Shown: piece after piece, positions 27,973 to 39,125 of the stretch | How positions within the stretch are numbered: the first letter of the stretch is position 1 | Layout: each line of letters opens with the position of its first letter | NCBI GenBank assembly: GCA_965197645.1 | Contig: OZ240219.1 | Span: 2,304,001 to 2,368,000, forward strand | Source: Dehalococcoidia bacterium | Lineage (GTDB): Bacteria > Chloroflexota > Dehalococcoidia > Plut-88900 | Direction: 5' to 3' | Length of the DNA: 64,000 nucleotides | Translations under genes and position numbers: made by a program | The notes under the pieces: model-generated | The model's database searches: none | Seen by the model: the letters and a program-made list of their open reading frames with translations, nothing else | What the model was told of the DNA's origin: nothing

Positions 27973-29112
27973 ATGGACAACAAGGTGATTTCCGGCGACA
28001 CCCACGTGGACCTAGCTTATCTACCTGAGGACCTCTTCGTCTCCAACGCTTCCTCCGGGTTGAAGGACCTGATGCCACGAGTTGTAGATACGGATAAGGG
28101 GCCGCGGTGGAAGGCGGAAAACGTAGACCTTGGCCGGGTCGGGATGTATACAGAGGAGGACATGAGCCACTTCACCGCCGAGATGATTCACCGTCTCGAG
28201 GCGATGAAGGCGGCAGGATTCCTGGACGACGTCGACAAGGGACACCATCCCACCACTCCTGAGCTGCGCATTGGAGACCAGGACAAAGATGGAGTAGTTG
28301 GAGAGGTGATATACGGGCTATTCAGCATTGCTACCCAGCTCGATAACGCCCAACAGATCGCCGAGGTGTTCCGCATCTACAACGAGTGGATAGCGGACTT
28401 CTGCAATACCCATTCGGACCGGCTGGCAGGGCTCGCCTGTCTGCCGGCCTTCGACGCTGGCGCCGCCGGCGATGAGCTTCGCCGATCAGCTCGGCTGGGT
28501 CTAAAGGGCGGCGAGTTCATGATAGCCGAAGGAGCCAAGCCAGCCTATCACCGCGACTGGGACCATCTGTGGTCGGCCGCTTCGGAAACGGGCCTGCCCA
28601 TCTCCTTCCATACCACAGGCATAACGCCAAAGCTCGTCGATAAGTCGGAAGCCGACAGCTACCGGCAGGTACAGTCCAACATAACCCTTACCATATTCCA
28701 GCTGTCTGGGGCCGAGCTGCTCGCCAGCGTCATCTTCTCCGGGGCGTGCGAGCGGTTCCCCAACTTCAAGTTCGTGCTGGGCGAGTGCGGCGTGAGCTGG
28801 CTGCCCTACGTCCTCGACCGCATGGACCACGAAAGCCAAGGACAAGCGGATTTGAAAATGAGGCCCAGCGAGTACTGGCACCGACAGGGGTACTCCACCT
28901 TCCAGGAAGAGAGCGTGGCCGGCGATCTGGTCCACCTGATTGGAGAGGACACCGTGATCTGGGGCTCCGACTACCCTCACCCCGACGGCGTATGGCCCGA
29001 CTCTCACGCCGTGATAGAGAACAACTTCAAGAATCTAAAGAGCGAGACCGCTCTCAGGAAGATCACCTGCGATAACACCGCCAAGCTCTACGGTTTCCCG
29101 ATGCCCGCCTGA
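27973..29112 (+). CDS. Amidohydrolase_2 family protein
   Basis: ISGDTH, YNEW, SFH, ERFPNFK, WGSDYPHPD. ATG 27973 after GGAGG. Confidence 0.88.
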   Translation: MDNKVISGDTHVDLAYLPEDLFVSNASSGLKDLMPRVVDTDKGPRWKAENVDLGRVGMYTEEDMSHFTAEMIHRLEAMKAAGFLDDVDKGHHPTTPELRIGDQDKDGVVGEVIYGLFSIATQLDNAQQIAEVFRIYNEWIADFCNTHSDRLAGLACLPAFDAGAAGDELRRSARLGLKGGEFMIAEGAKPAYHRDWDHLWSAASETGLPISFHTTGITPKLVDKSEADSYRQVQSNITLTIFQLSGAELLASVIFSGACERFPNFKFVLGECGVSWLPYVLDRMDHESQGQADLKMRPSEYWHRQGYSTFQEESVAGDLVHLIGEDTVIWGSDYPHPDGVWPDSHAVIENNFKNLKSETALRKITCDNTAKLYGFPMPA

Positions 29113-29194
29113 GTGGTTGCCGCGTGGCGTTCCTCGCCTTACGGCTTGGCCGGCTCGCTGCTGGGGGAGATTACCTGAAGATTAGGGCGAGTGC

Positions 29195-30343
29195 TCAGCA
29201 GCCCAGCTCCCGGGCGATGACCATCCTCTGTACCTCGGACGTCCCCTCGCCTATGGTCAGCACCTTGGCATCCCTGTAGAACCTGGCCACGGTGCTGTCC
29301 TCTATGAACCCCTGACCCCCGTGGATCTGGACCGCTTCATCCACTACCTTGAGCGCAGCCTCGGTGGAAAACAGCTTGGCGATGGCCGCCTCCTTCTTGT
29401 GGGGTAGCCCCTGGTCTATCAGGGACGCGGCACTGTAGGTCGCCAACCGGGACATATGGACGGATACGGCCATATCGGCCAGCTTGAACTGGATGGCCTG
29501 ATGTTTGCTGAGGAGCTTGCCGAAGGCCTTGCGCTGCTGGGCGTGGGCCAGCGACATCTGCAAACAGGCGTCGGCGAGCCCAACCGCCATCGCCGATATC
29601 GTCACCCTGCCCCCGTCCAGGACAGCCATGAACTGGGCCAAGCCGCGGCCTCGCTCACCCAGCAAGTTCTCCTCGGATACGTGACAGTCCTCCAGGAAAA
29701 GTGGATGGGTATCGGATGCCCGCCACCCTATCTTCTTGTATCCGGGGCCCACCGTCAGGCCCGGCGTGTCCTTGGGCACGACGATGTTGCTTATCTCCTT
29801 CTTGCCGTCCTCGTTCGCTCCCGTGACCGCCGCCACGATTATGAAGTCGGAGATGGAAGTGCCGGAGTTGGTGATATAGCTTTTGGCCCCGTTGATGGTC
29901 CAGTGGCCGTCCGTTAGCTCGGCTCTTGTGGTGATGCCGCGGGCATCGGAGCCGGCGTCGGGTTCGGTCAGGCCGAAAGAACCGAGGGTGTAGCCCTGGA
30001 GCAATGGCGTCAACCATCTGTTTTTCTGGGCATCGGTCCCGAAGCCGCGGAGAAGGGGACCGGACAGGGAGGTGTTCACCTCCACTGTGATGGCCACGGA
30101 AGAATCGACTTTTGACAGCTCTTCCAGCGCTAGAACCAGGGACAGGGTATCTCCGCCGCTGCCGCCGAACTCCGGAGGATAGGTGAGACCGAGAATGCCC
30201 AGCTCGCCCAGCTTGCTCATAACCGAGGGTGGGAACTCTCCCGCCTCATCCCACTGAGCCGAGTAGGGAGCTATCTCCCTGGCGACGAAGTCGCGCACCG
30301 TCCGCTGCACCATCAACTGGTCGTCACTCAGGGTTATACTCAT
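29195..30343 (-). CDS. Acyl-CoA dehydrogenase
   Basis: FGLTEPDAGSD, NGAKSYITN, AVQIHGG.G, IGEGTSEVQR. Start reassigned to ATG 30343. Confidence 0.92.
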   Translation of the reverse strand: MSITLSDDQLMVQRTVRDFVAREIAPYSAQWDEAGEFPPSVMSKLGELGILGLTYPPEFGGSGGDTLSLVLALEELSKVDSSVAITVEVNTSLSGPLLRGFGTDAQKNRWLTPLLQGYTLGSFGLTEPDAGSDARGITTRAELTDGHWTINGAKSYITNSGTSISDFIIVAAVTGANEDGKKEISNIVVPKDTPGLTVGPGYKKIGWRASDTHPLFLEDCHVSEENLLGERGRGLAQFMAVLDGGRVTISAMAVGLADACLQMSLAHAQQRKAFGKLLSKHQAIQFKLADMAVSVHMSRLATYSAASLIDQGLPHKKEAAIAKLFSTEAALKVVDEAVQIHGGQGFIEDSTVARFYRDAKVLTIGEGTSEVQRMVIARELGC

Positions 30344-30387
30344 GAGTGCGTCTGCCTTCCCTGTATTAGCGGAACGTCGCCTGGTCT

Positions 30388-31635
30388 CTACAGGACACCC
30401 TCTTCTTTGAGCCGGGTTACCTCTGATGAATCGAGGCCCAGCAGCTTGGTGTAGACCAGATCGTTGTCGTAGCCCAGTCCAACTGAACCCCGCCATATCT
30501 TGCCCGGCGTTTCGGACATCTTGGGAACCACGCCGATGCCCTTGACCTTTCTTCCCAGCTGCACGTCCTCCCACTCGATGTGCATGTCCCGCATCTTGTA
30601 GTGAGGATCTTCGGCCGCGTCTTTGGGCGTCATTATCGGGCAGCACGCTACCTGGGCCGCATTCATGGTCTCTACTATCTCGCCTACGGTGCGATTGCCG
30701 GCCCACGCACGAAGGAGGGAGTCGAACTCTATTCCTTCCGGCGAATCCACCTCTTGATGGGCTTTACGCCACTTTTCCTCCGTCGGGTCGATGCCCAAGA
30801 CCTCGCAGACGCGGTTGTAGGGCGTGCCCACGGCGGCTATGATCACCCATCCGTCCGAGGCTTGAAAAACGTCATAGGGCTGGAACTGTCCCGCCTTGTT
30901 ACCCGATCTACCTCTGACCATTCCCAGCTCGTAGTAGGCCACCATGGTCCCCGCCAGAATCTTGTGGATGGCTTCGTACTGAGCGAGATCGATGACCTGT
31001 CCAACGCCAGTCTTTTGAGCGTAGATGTAGGCTGCTAGGGTGGACCAGAGACAGAAGCCGGCGGTGATGTAGTCCGCCGTCCAGGGCACCGCCCTGACAG
31101 GAGGCTCCGGGTCGGGGAATCCCGTCAGGTGCATCAGTCCGCCAAATCCCTGCCCAATGAAATCGTAGGAGGCCCGTCCCAGGTAGTCCGGATGGCCGGA
31201 CTGACCGTATCCCGAAACGTGGGTAACTACCATTTTGGGGTTGGTCTTCATAACGACGTCGTCAGTTAGCCCCCACTTCTGGTAGGTCCCCGGCTTGGAC
31301 GACTCCATCCAGACATCAGACTGGGATACCAGCTGGAGGAACATCTCCTTGCCCTTGGGCTGGCTCAAGTCCAGGCTGACGTGGAACATGTTGCGCCGCT
31401 CCTGGACCCACCCGCTGGCGGCTGAGACGCCCTCTGGCCCTTCGATGGGGAACTCCAAGTTGCGCCAGACGGCATCGCCGCCCTTTGGCCGCTCTACCTG
31501 GATAACCTCGGCCCCCATCTCGGCGGCCAGTTCCGCGGCAAAAGGCTCAGCGATGATGGTGCCGCTGGAGATGATGCGTATGCCCTGAAGCGGGCCGAAC
31601 TCCTCGGGCACCAGCCTGACCTGATTGGGTTCCAT
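30388..31635 (-). CDS. CoA-transferase family III (CaiB-like)
   Basis: FGPLQGIRI, AEMGAEVI.VE, VSGYGQSG, ADY. Confidence 0.9.
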   Translation of the reverse strand: MEPNQVRLVPEEFGPLQGIRIISSGTIIAEPFAAELAAEMGAEVIQVERPKGGDAVWRNLEFPIEGPEGVSAASGWVQERRNMFHVSLDLSQPKGKEMFLQLVSQSDVWMESSKPGTYQKWGLTDDVVMKTNPKMVVTHVSGYGQSGHPDYLGRASYDFIGQGFGGLMHLTGFPDPEPPVRAVPWTADYITAGFCLWSTLAAYIYAQKTGVGQVIDLAQYEAIHKILAGTMVAYYELGMVRGRSGNKAGQFQPYDVFQASDGWVIIAAVGTPYNRVCEVLGIDPTEEKWRKAHQEVDSPEGIEFDSLLRAWAGNRTVGEIVETMNAAQVACCPIMTPKDAAEDPHYKMRDMHIEWEDVQLGRKVKGIGVVPKMSETPGKIWRGSVGLGYDNDLVYTKLLGLDSSEVTRLKEEGVL

Positions 31636-31656
31636 TCTCCTGCTCCTATCCGTTAG

Positions 31657-33660
31657 CTAAGAACGCTCCAGCTCCAATAGGACGGCGCCTTTCCCCACCT
31701 GCTGTCCCTCCTGGCAAGTGATTCGTGCCACCGTGCCCGAGAAGGGGGCCGTTATCAGGTGCTCTATCTTCATGGCCTCCAGCACAACGAGGGTCTGCCG
31801 TGCCGAGACCTGCTCACCCTCCTGAACGCGGATGTCGTCTATCATGCCGGGCATGGGAGCAGTCAACTCTGAGCTGGCCTCGGCATCGGCAGCAGAAGCG
31901 TTTGTCATGAATCCCAGGTCGGGCCGAGGCGGTTCCAGCAGGTAGCTCTTGCCTTCCCAATCTACTCGTAGGCCCTCTTCCTCGGGCGCTACATCAGCGG
32001 GCCAGGCAGCACCGTCCCATCGTACCCGGATGCCGGCGCCGTCGTCGTATTCCAGCTCAATATCGTAGGTCTCGTCGCCGGAGCGAACCTCCCAGGAGCG
32101 GGTATCCGTCTTTTTAGACACCATTGTTTTCAATGATTGCTCGCCGTACTGGAAGCTGTACTCCAGTCCCCAACGGCCCAGCCGCCAGGGGCCCGCGGTG
32201 TTCCAGGGGTTAGGGTTCGAGTAGCCGCCCGCCAGCAGACTGGCCTCCGAGAGCTTGTAGGCCACCGCGGACATCAGCACCTGGGGCGGGACCTCGTCAA
32301 CCTGGCGCAGATGAGGCTCTATGCGACGCTCGATGAAGCCGGTGTCCAGCCGCCCGGCGGCGAACTCGGGGTCAGAGATGATGGAGCGCAACAGAGACAG
32401 GTTGGTGGTTACGCCGGTGAGATCGTATTGCTTCAGCGCCGATCTGAGCCGCTCCAGCGACTGCCGGCGATCATGCCCGTGGACGATCAGCTTGGCCAGC
32501 AGGGAATCATAGAACACAGAGACCTCGGCGCCTTCATTGAACCCCCCGTCGTGCCGGACGCCCGTTCCAGAAGGAGGTTGGAAGCGCTGAATGGTCCCCG
32601 TGCTGGGGATGTAGCCCTGGGCCGGGTCCTCGGCGCAGACCCGAACCTCTATAGCGTGACCCGTCAACGAAACGTCCTGCTGCCCAAAGGGCAGGGGTTC
32701 CCCGCAAGCCACCATCAGCTGCAACCGCACCAGGTCCATCCCCGTCAATCCCTCGGTTACCGGGTGCTCGACCTGCAGCCGAGGGTTGACCTCCAGGAAG
32801 TAGAACTCCCCGTTTTCATCCAGCAGGAACTCGACAGTCCCGGCGTTGACATATCCGGCTTTCGCTGCGAGCTTGACTGCAGCTTCGCCCAGCCGCTGCC
32901 TCAATTCGGTGTCCACCACCGGCGACGGGGACTCCTCTATCACCTTCTGGTACCTTCGCTGGATGGAGCACTCCCGCTCGCCCAGGTGCACCACGGCTCC
33001 GCTGTTGTCGCCGAAGACCTGCACCTCGATGTGCCTTGGACGGGAGATGTACTTTTCCAACATCAAGGCGTCGTCGCCGAAGGCCGCTTTCGCTTCTCTT
33101 CTGGCGCCTGCAATCGCCTCCTTGAGGTCGTCACCGTCTTCGACCAGCCTCATACCCCGCCCGCCGCCCCCTCCTACCGCTTTGATCAGGACCGGGAAGC
33201 CCACTTCGGAGGCCTTGCGCAACAGGGTAGCGTTGCTCGGCTTACGGGCGTAGTACCCCGGTATCACCGGCACGCCGACCGATTCGGCCAGCTTCTTCGC
33301 CTGAGCTTTGTCTCCCAGCAGCCGGAGGGTATCGGGTTTGGGGCCTATGAACGTCAGCCCCTCGGCGGAGCAGGCCTCGGCGAAGCCCGGGTTCTCGGAA
33401 AGGAACCCGTATCCCGGGTGCACCGCCTCTGCCCCGCTGTCCGAAGCCGCCGACAGGATGGCACCTATATCGAGATAGCTCTCCTCTGCAGGCGCCGGAC
33501 CGATGTATAAGGCTTCGTCGGCTGTTTCAACGTGGAGCGCGTCCCTGTCGGCTTCGGAGAACACGGCGACAGAGGAGATGCCCATCTCCCTGCACGTCCT
33601 CATGACGCGGACGGCTATCTCCCCTCGGTTGGCTATCAGCACCTTTTCGAACATGGCCAT
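31657..33660 (-). CDS. Acyl-CoA carboxylase alpha subunit (biotin carboxylase + BCCP; MccA/LiuD-like)
   Basis: KVLIANRGEIA, HPGYGFLSEN, GGGGRGMR, ERECSIQRR, RLQVEHPVTE, EAMK. Confidence 0.92.
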   Translation of the reverse strand: MAMFEKVLIANRGEIAVRVMRTCREMGISSVAVFSEADRDALHVETADEALYIGPAPAEESYLDIGAILSAASDSGAEAVHPGYGFLSENPGFAEACSAEGLTFIGPKPDTLRLLGDKAQAKKLAESVGVPVIPGYYARKPSNATLLRKASEVGFPVLIKAVGGGGGRGMRLVEDGDDLKEAIAGARREAKAAFGDDALMLEKYISRPRHIEVQVFGDNSGAVVHLGERECSIQRRYQKVIEESPSPVVDTELRQRLGEAAVKLAAKAGYVNAGTVEFLLDENGEFYFLEVNPRLQVEHPVTEGLTGMDLVRLQLMVACGEPLPFGQQDVSLTGHAIEVRVCAEDPAQGYIPSTGTIQRFQPPSGTGVRHDGGFNEGAEVSVFYDSLLAKLIVHGHDRRQSLERLRSALKQYDLTGVTTNLSLLRSIISDPEFAAGRLDTGFIERRIEPHLRQVDEVPPQVLMSAVAYKLSEASLLAGGYSNPNPWNTAGPWRLGRWGLEYSFQYGEQSLKTMVSKKTDTRSWEVRSGDETYDIELEYDDGAGIRVRWDGAAWPADVAPEEEGLRVDWEGKSYLLEPPRPDLGFMTNASAADAEASSELTAPMPGMIDDIRVQEGEQVSARQTLVVLEAMKIEHLITAPFSGTVARITCQEGQQVGKGAVLLELERS

Positions 33661-35297
33661 CACATCCGAAAGACGCCGAAGCGAGTCTCGGGGATTGGGG
33701 CGTTGAGGGCAGCAGCGATTCCCAGCCCCAGTACCATGCGGGTATCCACCGGATCGATGATTCCGTCGTCCCACAGGCGGGCCGTGCTGTAGTAGGGGCT
33801 GCCTTCCTCTTCGTACCGCCCCAAGATTGGGGTCGTGAACGCGGTCTGCTCTTCCTCGGACATCTCCTCTCCACGGGCTTTAAGGTTGTCCATTCGTAAA
33901 GTCAGCAGCGTGTTGGCCGCTTCCCTTCCCCCCATTACGGATATCCGGGCGTTGGGCCACATCCAGAGCTGGCGGGGGTTGTAGGCCCGGCCACACATGG
34001 CGAAGTTCCCCGCCCCGAAAGACCCCCCGATTACTACGGTGAACTTGGGCACCTGGGCGTTGGCCGTGGCCATTACCAGCTTGGCGCCGTCCTTGGCCAG
34101 GCCCCTGTTTTCGTACTCCTTGCCCACCATGAACCCGGTGATATTGTGCAGGTAGAGCAACGGTATGCGACGCTTGCAGCACAGCTCTATGAAGTGGGCA
34201 CCCTTCAACGCAGATTCGGAGAAGAGGATCCCGTTGTTGGCTATGATCCCTACGGGGTATCCCATGATCCTGGAAAATCCGCACACCAGGGTATCGCCGT
34301 AGAGCGCCTTGAACTCCTGGAACTCGGACCCGTCCACTATGCGGGCGATTATCTCCCGCACGTCCAGTGACGTTCGAAGGTCCGAAGGCAGGAGCGAGTA
34401 AAGCTCTTCCGGGTCGAACACAGGAGGCCTGGGCGGGGCCACCTCCCAGGGATACTCTTTCTTGGTGTAGAGGTTGGCCACTATCTCGCGGGTTATGGCC
34501 ATGGCCTCCTGGTCGTTGGTGGCGTAGTGATCGGAAACTCCCGATATCCTGGTGTGGACATCGGCGCCACCCAGCTCCTCGGCGGACACCTCTTCCCCTG
34601 TCGCCGCCTTGACCAGGGCCGGCCCACCTATGAATATGGTCCCGGTCCCCTTTACGATCACCGTCTCGTCGGACATGGCGGGCACATAGGCGCCGCCGGC
34701 GGCACACGATCCCATCACCACGGCGATCTGGGGTATTCCCATGGCAGACATCGACGCCTGGTTGTAGAAGACCCGCCCGAAATGCTCCCTGTCGGGGAAG
34801 ACGTCGGCCTGGAGAGGCAGGAATGCACCTCCGGAATCGACCAGGTAGATGCACGGCAGCCTGTTCTGCTGGGCGATCTCCTGTGCCCGGAGGTGTTTCT
34901 TGACGGTGAGGGGATAGTAGCTGCCCGCCTTGACCGTGGCATCGTTGGCTATGATCAGGCACTCCTGGCCCGATACGACGCCGATGCCGGTGACCATGCC
35001 CGCTGCGGGGGCTCCATCATCGTACATCTCCCAGGCTGCCAGGGGGCTCAGCTCCATGAAGGGCTTCTCCGGATCGAGCAGTAATCTCAGCCGCTCCCTG
35101 GCCGTCAGCTTGCCCCTCGCCTTGTGCCGTTTCAAGGAAGCCTCGGCCCCGCCGCGTTGCACCGTTTCCAGGCGGTGGCGAAGCTCTCCGAGGATGCCCA
35201 GGTGGTATTCCCGGTTCTTGAGCGCCTCAGGGCTATCCACGTCGATGTGGCTCTCAAGGGTCGTGATTCGTGTCGAGTTACGGGTGGCGGTGGTCAT
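33660..35297 (-). CDS. Methylcrotonyl-CoA carboxylase beta subunit-like carboxyltransferase (MccB/LiuB)
   Basis: [44 protein letters not shown] terminus. Confidence 0.92.
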   Translation of the reverse strand: MTTATRNSTRITTLESHIDVDSPEALKNREYHLGILGELRHRLETVQRGGAEASLKRHKARGKLTARERLRLLLDPEKPFMELSPLAAWEMYDDGAPAAGMVTGIGVVSGQECLIIANDATVKAGSYYPLTVKKHLRAQEIAQQNRLPCIYLVDSGGAFLPLQADVFPDREHFGRVFYNQASMSAMGIPQIAVVMGSCAAGGAYVPAMSDETVIVKGTGTIFIGGPALVKAATGEEVSAEELGGADVHTRISGVSDHYATNDQEAMAITREIVANLYTKKEYPWEVAPPRPPVFDPEELYSLLPSDLRTSLDVREIIARIVDGSEFQEFKALYGDTLVCGFSRIMGYPVGIIANNGILFSESALKGAHFIELCCKRRIPLLYLHNITGFMVGKEYENRGLAKDGAKLVMATANAQVPKFTVVIGGSFGAGNFAMCGRAYNPRQLWMWPNARISVMGGREAANTLLTLRMDNLKARGEEMSEEEQTAFTTPILGRYEEEGSPYYSTARLWDDGIIDPVDTRMVLGLGIAAALNAPIPETRFGVFRM

Positions 35298-35444
35298 GTG
35301 GTTTTGCTCCGATTGAGAGATGCGAAATGAGGTAGTCGGTTTTCCGGAGATGGTACTTAGGGATGCTCTCCGGTGTCAAGACGACGCGCGTCGTCCTATC
35401 GGGGCTCTCTGAAGGAGTCCATGCGACCGGGGCGCCGGGGCCGT

Positions 35445-36455
35445 CTAGGTTACCTGGAGCGTGGGTGACCGGAGCTCGGGGATGATCTGCTCCGCCGTCA
35501 ACGGGATGGCCTCTTTCTGGTACATCTGGATACGGTAGGAACCGAAGTCGGTCACGAGCAATCTCCCCTCGGAGTCGACGTGGACCGAGGTGGGGCTTCG
35601 TAACCGTTTCTGGGGCTCCAGCGAGGCCATCTCCCGCAGTCGAAGGGGCTTGGCGTTGGTCATCAGGTAGCGGGTGGCGGACTTGGACAGCGAGGCGTCC
35701 CCGATGAACTTCTCCAGGTACTGGCCGTTCTCATTGAACATCTGGACCCTGTGGTTGCCCCTATCGGCGACGTAGATGTCGCCGTCGGAGTCCACGGCCA
35801 CGTCGGAGGGCCTGTTGAATTCTCCGTTTCCATCGCCGGAGCCACCGATGGACAGGACGAAGTCGCCGGTCGGCGAGAACTTCTGCACCCGATCGTTGCG
35901 CCAGTCCGCCACGTAGACGTCGTTCACCTCGTCCACGGTGATGCCCCACGGCATGTTGAGCTGTCCTTCACCATCGCCGAGGCTTCCCCAGCTGAGCAGG
36001 TGTTTGCCGTCTTTGGTGAACTTCTGTATCCGATGGTTCAGCGAATCGGCGATGTAGATGTTCCCCTCGGAGTCGAATGTCATGCCGGCGGGCCGGTTCA
36101 GCTGGCCCGGCTCGCTGCCTTCCTCGCCCCATTTGCTTAGAAACTCGCCCTTTTCGTTGAACACGGAGACGCGATTTAACGCTTCGTCGGAGACGTACAG
36201 GTTGTCGTCCCCATCCATGATGACCGAAACGGGCCACAGCAGCTTGCCGTCCTCCTTGCCCATGTCGCTGATGATGCCCAGATCGTCATCTTCCCAGCTC
36301 AATCTCCGGACGTCGGCTTCCCACTCGCCGCGACACAGAACGTAGAGGTGTTCCTTGCCTATGGCCAGATCGACGGGGTAGCTGGTGACCCTCCTCATGC
36401 CCAGAGTCTTTACATAAGGAAAGCCGGTCCGAAGCAGTGCGTAAGGTCTGTCCAT
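35445..36455 (-). CDS. NHL-repeat beta-propeller protein (copy 2)
   Basis: NHL repeats; YVSDEAL, MPWGI..VYVADWRNDR shared with copy 1. Confidence 0.88.
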   Translation of the reverse strand: MDRPYALLRTGFPYVKTLGMRRVTSYPVDLAIGKEHLYVLCRGEWEADVRRLSWEDDDLGIISDMGKEDGKLLWPVSVIMDGDDNLYVSDEALNRVSVFNEKGEFLSKWGEEGSEPGQLNRPAGMTFDSEGNIYIADSLNHRIQKFTKDGKHLLSWGSLGDGEGQLNMPWGITVDEVNDVYVADWRNDRVQKFSPTGDFVLSIGGSGDGNGEFNRPSDVAVDSDGDIYVADRGNHRVQMFNENGQYLEKFIGDASLSKSATRYLMTNAKPLRLREMASLEPQKRLRSPTSVHVDSEGRLLVTDFGSYRIQMYQKEAIPLTAEQIIPELRSPTLQVT

Positions 36456-36511
36456 AGTTCACCTCGATAGGGGCTAGATATGCCCGAGTATCTTGCTACG
36501 CGATCGATTGA

Positions 36512-37645
36512 TTAGTTGAACGGTCTTATCTGCTCGAACGACCCGCCTACGATGGGGGCGGGGTCGATGCTCAGCCACTGTTCCAGGATAGTGCCGTAGA
36601 CGCCGCGGAAATCGATGGTGTGCTCCAGGTCTTCGCCCCTGGCCCACGTCTCGGGTTGAAGCGAGGGATACTCGGAGTAGAAGCCACCGTTCACCCGCTC
36701 GCCGATGATGAAAGCGCCTCCGCCGGTGCCGTGATCGGTGCCGCTCCCGTTGTCCTTCATGCGTCTCCCGAACTCGGTAAACACCAGCATGACCACCTCT
36801 TCCGATGCGTCATGGGACTCGATATCTTGGAAGAAGTCGGTAAGGGCGCTGGCGAGCTCGCTGAGAAGCCTGGGGTGGACTGGGCCCTGTCCGGCGTGGG
36901 TGTCATATCCGGCGTGCTGGGTGTAGAAGATGCGGGTGCCCAGGTCTGCGAAGTGCACCCTGGCCACATCCCGCAGGCTCTGCGCTATCGGATTGGGGGC
37001 GTACTCCACGTCCGACGTGTAGCCGGCCACGGCTTCTTTCAGGATCTCCGCACCCTTGATCACGTCCAAGCCGGTACGCGCCAGGTAGTCCGATACGGGA
37101 CCGGTGCCGATGGCCGGGCTGTAGATATCCTGGAATATCCCCAGTGCCTCGTTTCGTTGACCCACGTCGGTAATGCCGGCCAGCAGCCCGTAGGTCTCCA
37201 GATCGCCTACCGATGTTATCGGCACGTCGGGGCAGGCCAGGGCGCGGGGCATACCGCGCCCGAAGCTGACCGTAGTCAAAACGTTTTCGTGTTTCGGGTC
37301 CAACTCCTGGGTCGCCTGGCCTAGCCATCCCTTCAGACCCACGGCATCGGGCTCGCAGGTGTGCCAGATGTCCATGGCCCTGAAGTGAGAGCGGCTGGAA
37401 TCCGGGTAGCCTATCCCTTGGACGATGGCCATCTTACCCGCATCATAGAGGTCCTTTGCCGGAGCGAAGGATGGGTGAAACCCCAAAGTGTCGTTCAGGT
37501 GCACCACCTGGTCTTCGGGCACGTTCAGAGTCTTTCTCGTATCGTAGTAGATCGGGTTGGTGTAGGGGATGAGGGTGTTCATGAAGTCGTTGCCCCCACT
37601 TAGCTGCACAACCACCAGAACCGGCGACTTTCCATTGCCGACCAT
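36512..37645 (-). CDS. DUF1501 family protein (copy 2)
   Basis: QLSGGNDFMN, RSHFRAMDIWHT, YDTH, TEFGRR..NGSGTDHG. ATG 37645 after GGAGG. Confidence 0.85.
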   Translation of the reverse strand: MVGNGKSPVLVVVQLSGGNDFMNTLIPYTNPIYYDTRKTLNVPEDQVVHLNDTLGFHPSFAPAKDLYDAGKMAIVQGIGYPDSSRSHFRAMDIWHTCEPDAVGLKGWLGQATQELDPKHENVLTTVSFGRGMPRALACPDVPITSVGDLETYGLLAGITDVGQRNEALGIFQDIYSPAIGTGPVSDYLARTGLDVIKGAEILKEAVAGYTSDVEYAPNPIAQSLRDVARVHFADLGTRIFYTQHAGYDTHAGQGPVHPRLLSELASALTDFFQDIESHDASEEVVMLVFTEFGRRMKDNGSGTDHGTGGGAFIIGERVNGGFYSEYPSLQPETWARGEDLEHTIDFRGVYGTILEQWLSIDPAPIVGGSFEQIRPFN

Positions 37646-37659
37646 ATCCTCGCCTCCTA

Positions 37660-39063
37660 CTAGTTGAACTGGTACTCCGTAGACGAAACAATCAACTGAA
37701 TCAACCGCTTTACGAGAGCAGTGCTGTCCGCTCTTTCGGCGTCGGTCCCGAAGCTGAGACTTCCCGCAGATTGGGCGTGGCCTATCAGGGCGGAACGGGT
37801 ATCCTCCTCGACTTGCAGCGAGCCCACCTGGGCAAGGCACCGCTCCACCACCTCCTCCGGCGCCGGGGCGTCTCCACCCGAGCTTAGTACTTCGACCGCT
37901 TCGCTGATCGCCTCACTGTCCGGCTCGCCCAGCCGATCGACGGCGAAGTTGACCCGTTCGTTCAGGGTGCCGGCGTCTATCCACTCCTTGCCCGTGTGCC
38001 AACCCTCCACCGAGGGAGGGTTGTACAGGAACTGGCCCATCGCCTCGCTGGCAGAGACCAGGTTCAACAGGCCCGGCTCGGGGAACCGGTGCGCCCCGGT
38101 CAGTTTGACGGTGCCAACCACAAACTCGGTGGGGCTTTTCACCCGCTTGTACCGGGCTTGCTTGAAGAAATCGGAGTTGAACAGGGTCTCCAGCACGGCC
38201 CGCATGTTGCCGCCGGAGGCATGGTAGGACTCCACCAGAGCATCGACGGCCTTGGGGTCCTGCGGAGGGACGGTGCTCCAGGCCGGGACCTGGGGTTCAT
38301 CGGCGACGAAGAAGTTGTACAGATGTCTCGCTATGAATCTGGCGGTGGCGTCCTGCTTGACGATGATGTCTATGATGTCCTCGCCGTTGAACCGCCCCGA
38401 GTTGCCGAGGAAGGTCTTTTCGCTATCGTCGTGGTCGTCCTCCCGGTATACGAACTCTGATTCGTAATGACCGAAGGGATAGAGGGGTATGGGCTGGTGG
38501 AAAGTCCACCCGGTGAAGGCCCGGGCGGCGTGCTTGATATCGTCTTCCGTGTAGTTGCCGATACCCATCGAGAACAGCTCCAGCAGCTCACGCCCGTAGT
38601 TCTCGTTTATTTCATCCTTGTGGTTCTCGTGGTTGTCTAGCCAATCGATCATCGCCGGGTCTCTGGACAGGTCCAGGAGAATGGTCTTCATGTCCGAAAG
38701 CCCGTTGGCGCGGAAGGTCTCAATCTGGTTCATCGAGGACCGGGGATGCTCGCTCTTGTGCCAGCCCGTGGCGAAGACGTGATGCCAGAACAGCGCCATC
38801 TTCTCCTGGAGAGGGCGTTGGGTGTTGATCATGATGTAGAGCCACCGGGCCGCGTACTCATCCGGGACCTCCACGGAGTCCAGGGAGGTATAGTATCTCC
38901 GGAGAATGTCATCAGCGACTTCCGGGGATTGCTCCGGATGAAGAAGATCGCCCAGAACGGCATCGTATCCCCGGGCTGCGTACTCATCCAGCTCTCTCCT
39001 GGTCGCCCCGAAACCGGCGCGTCGCATCAGGTGTGCTACGAGATCCAGGTCGTTGTCTGCCAT
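37660..39063 (-). CDS. DUF1800 family protein (copy 2)
   Basis: AHLMRRAGFG, EKMALFWH, NENYGRELLELFSMG, PPSVEGW. ATG 39063 after AGGAGG. Confidence 0.88.
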   Translation of the reverse strand: MADNDLDLVAHLMRRAGFGATRRELDEYAARGYDAVLGDLLHPEQSPEVADDILRRYYTSLDSVEVPDEYAARWLYIMINTQRPLQEKMALFWHHVFATGWHKSEHPRSSMNQIETFRANGLSDMKTILLDLSRDPAMIDWLDNHENHKDEINENYGRELLELFSMGIGNYTEDDIKHAARAFTGWTFHQPIPLYPFGHYESEFVYREDDHDDSEKTFLGNSGRFNGEDIIDIIVKQDATARFIARHLYNFFVADEPQVPAWSTVPPQDPKAVDALVESYHASGGNMRAVLETLFNSDFFKQARYKRVKSPTEFVVGTVKLTGAHRFPEPGLLNLVSASEAMGQFLYNPPSVEGWHTGKEWIDAGTLNERVNFAVDRLGEPDSEAISEAVEVLSSGGDAPAPEEVVERCLAQVGSLQVEEDTRSALIGHAQSAGSLSFGTDAERADSTALVKRLIQLIVSSTEYQFN

Positions 39064-39125
39064 CTGATTCCTCCTGAATGGGGATCGAGGGTGCGCCAAC
39101 GTTACCCCGGCTGTATGTTAGTCCG

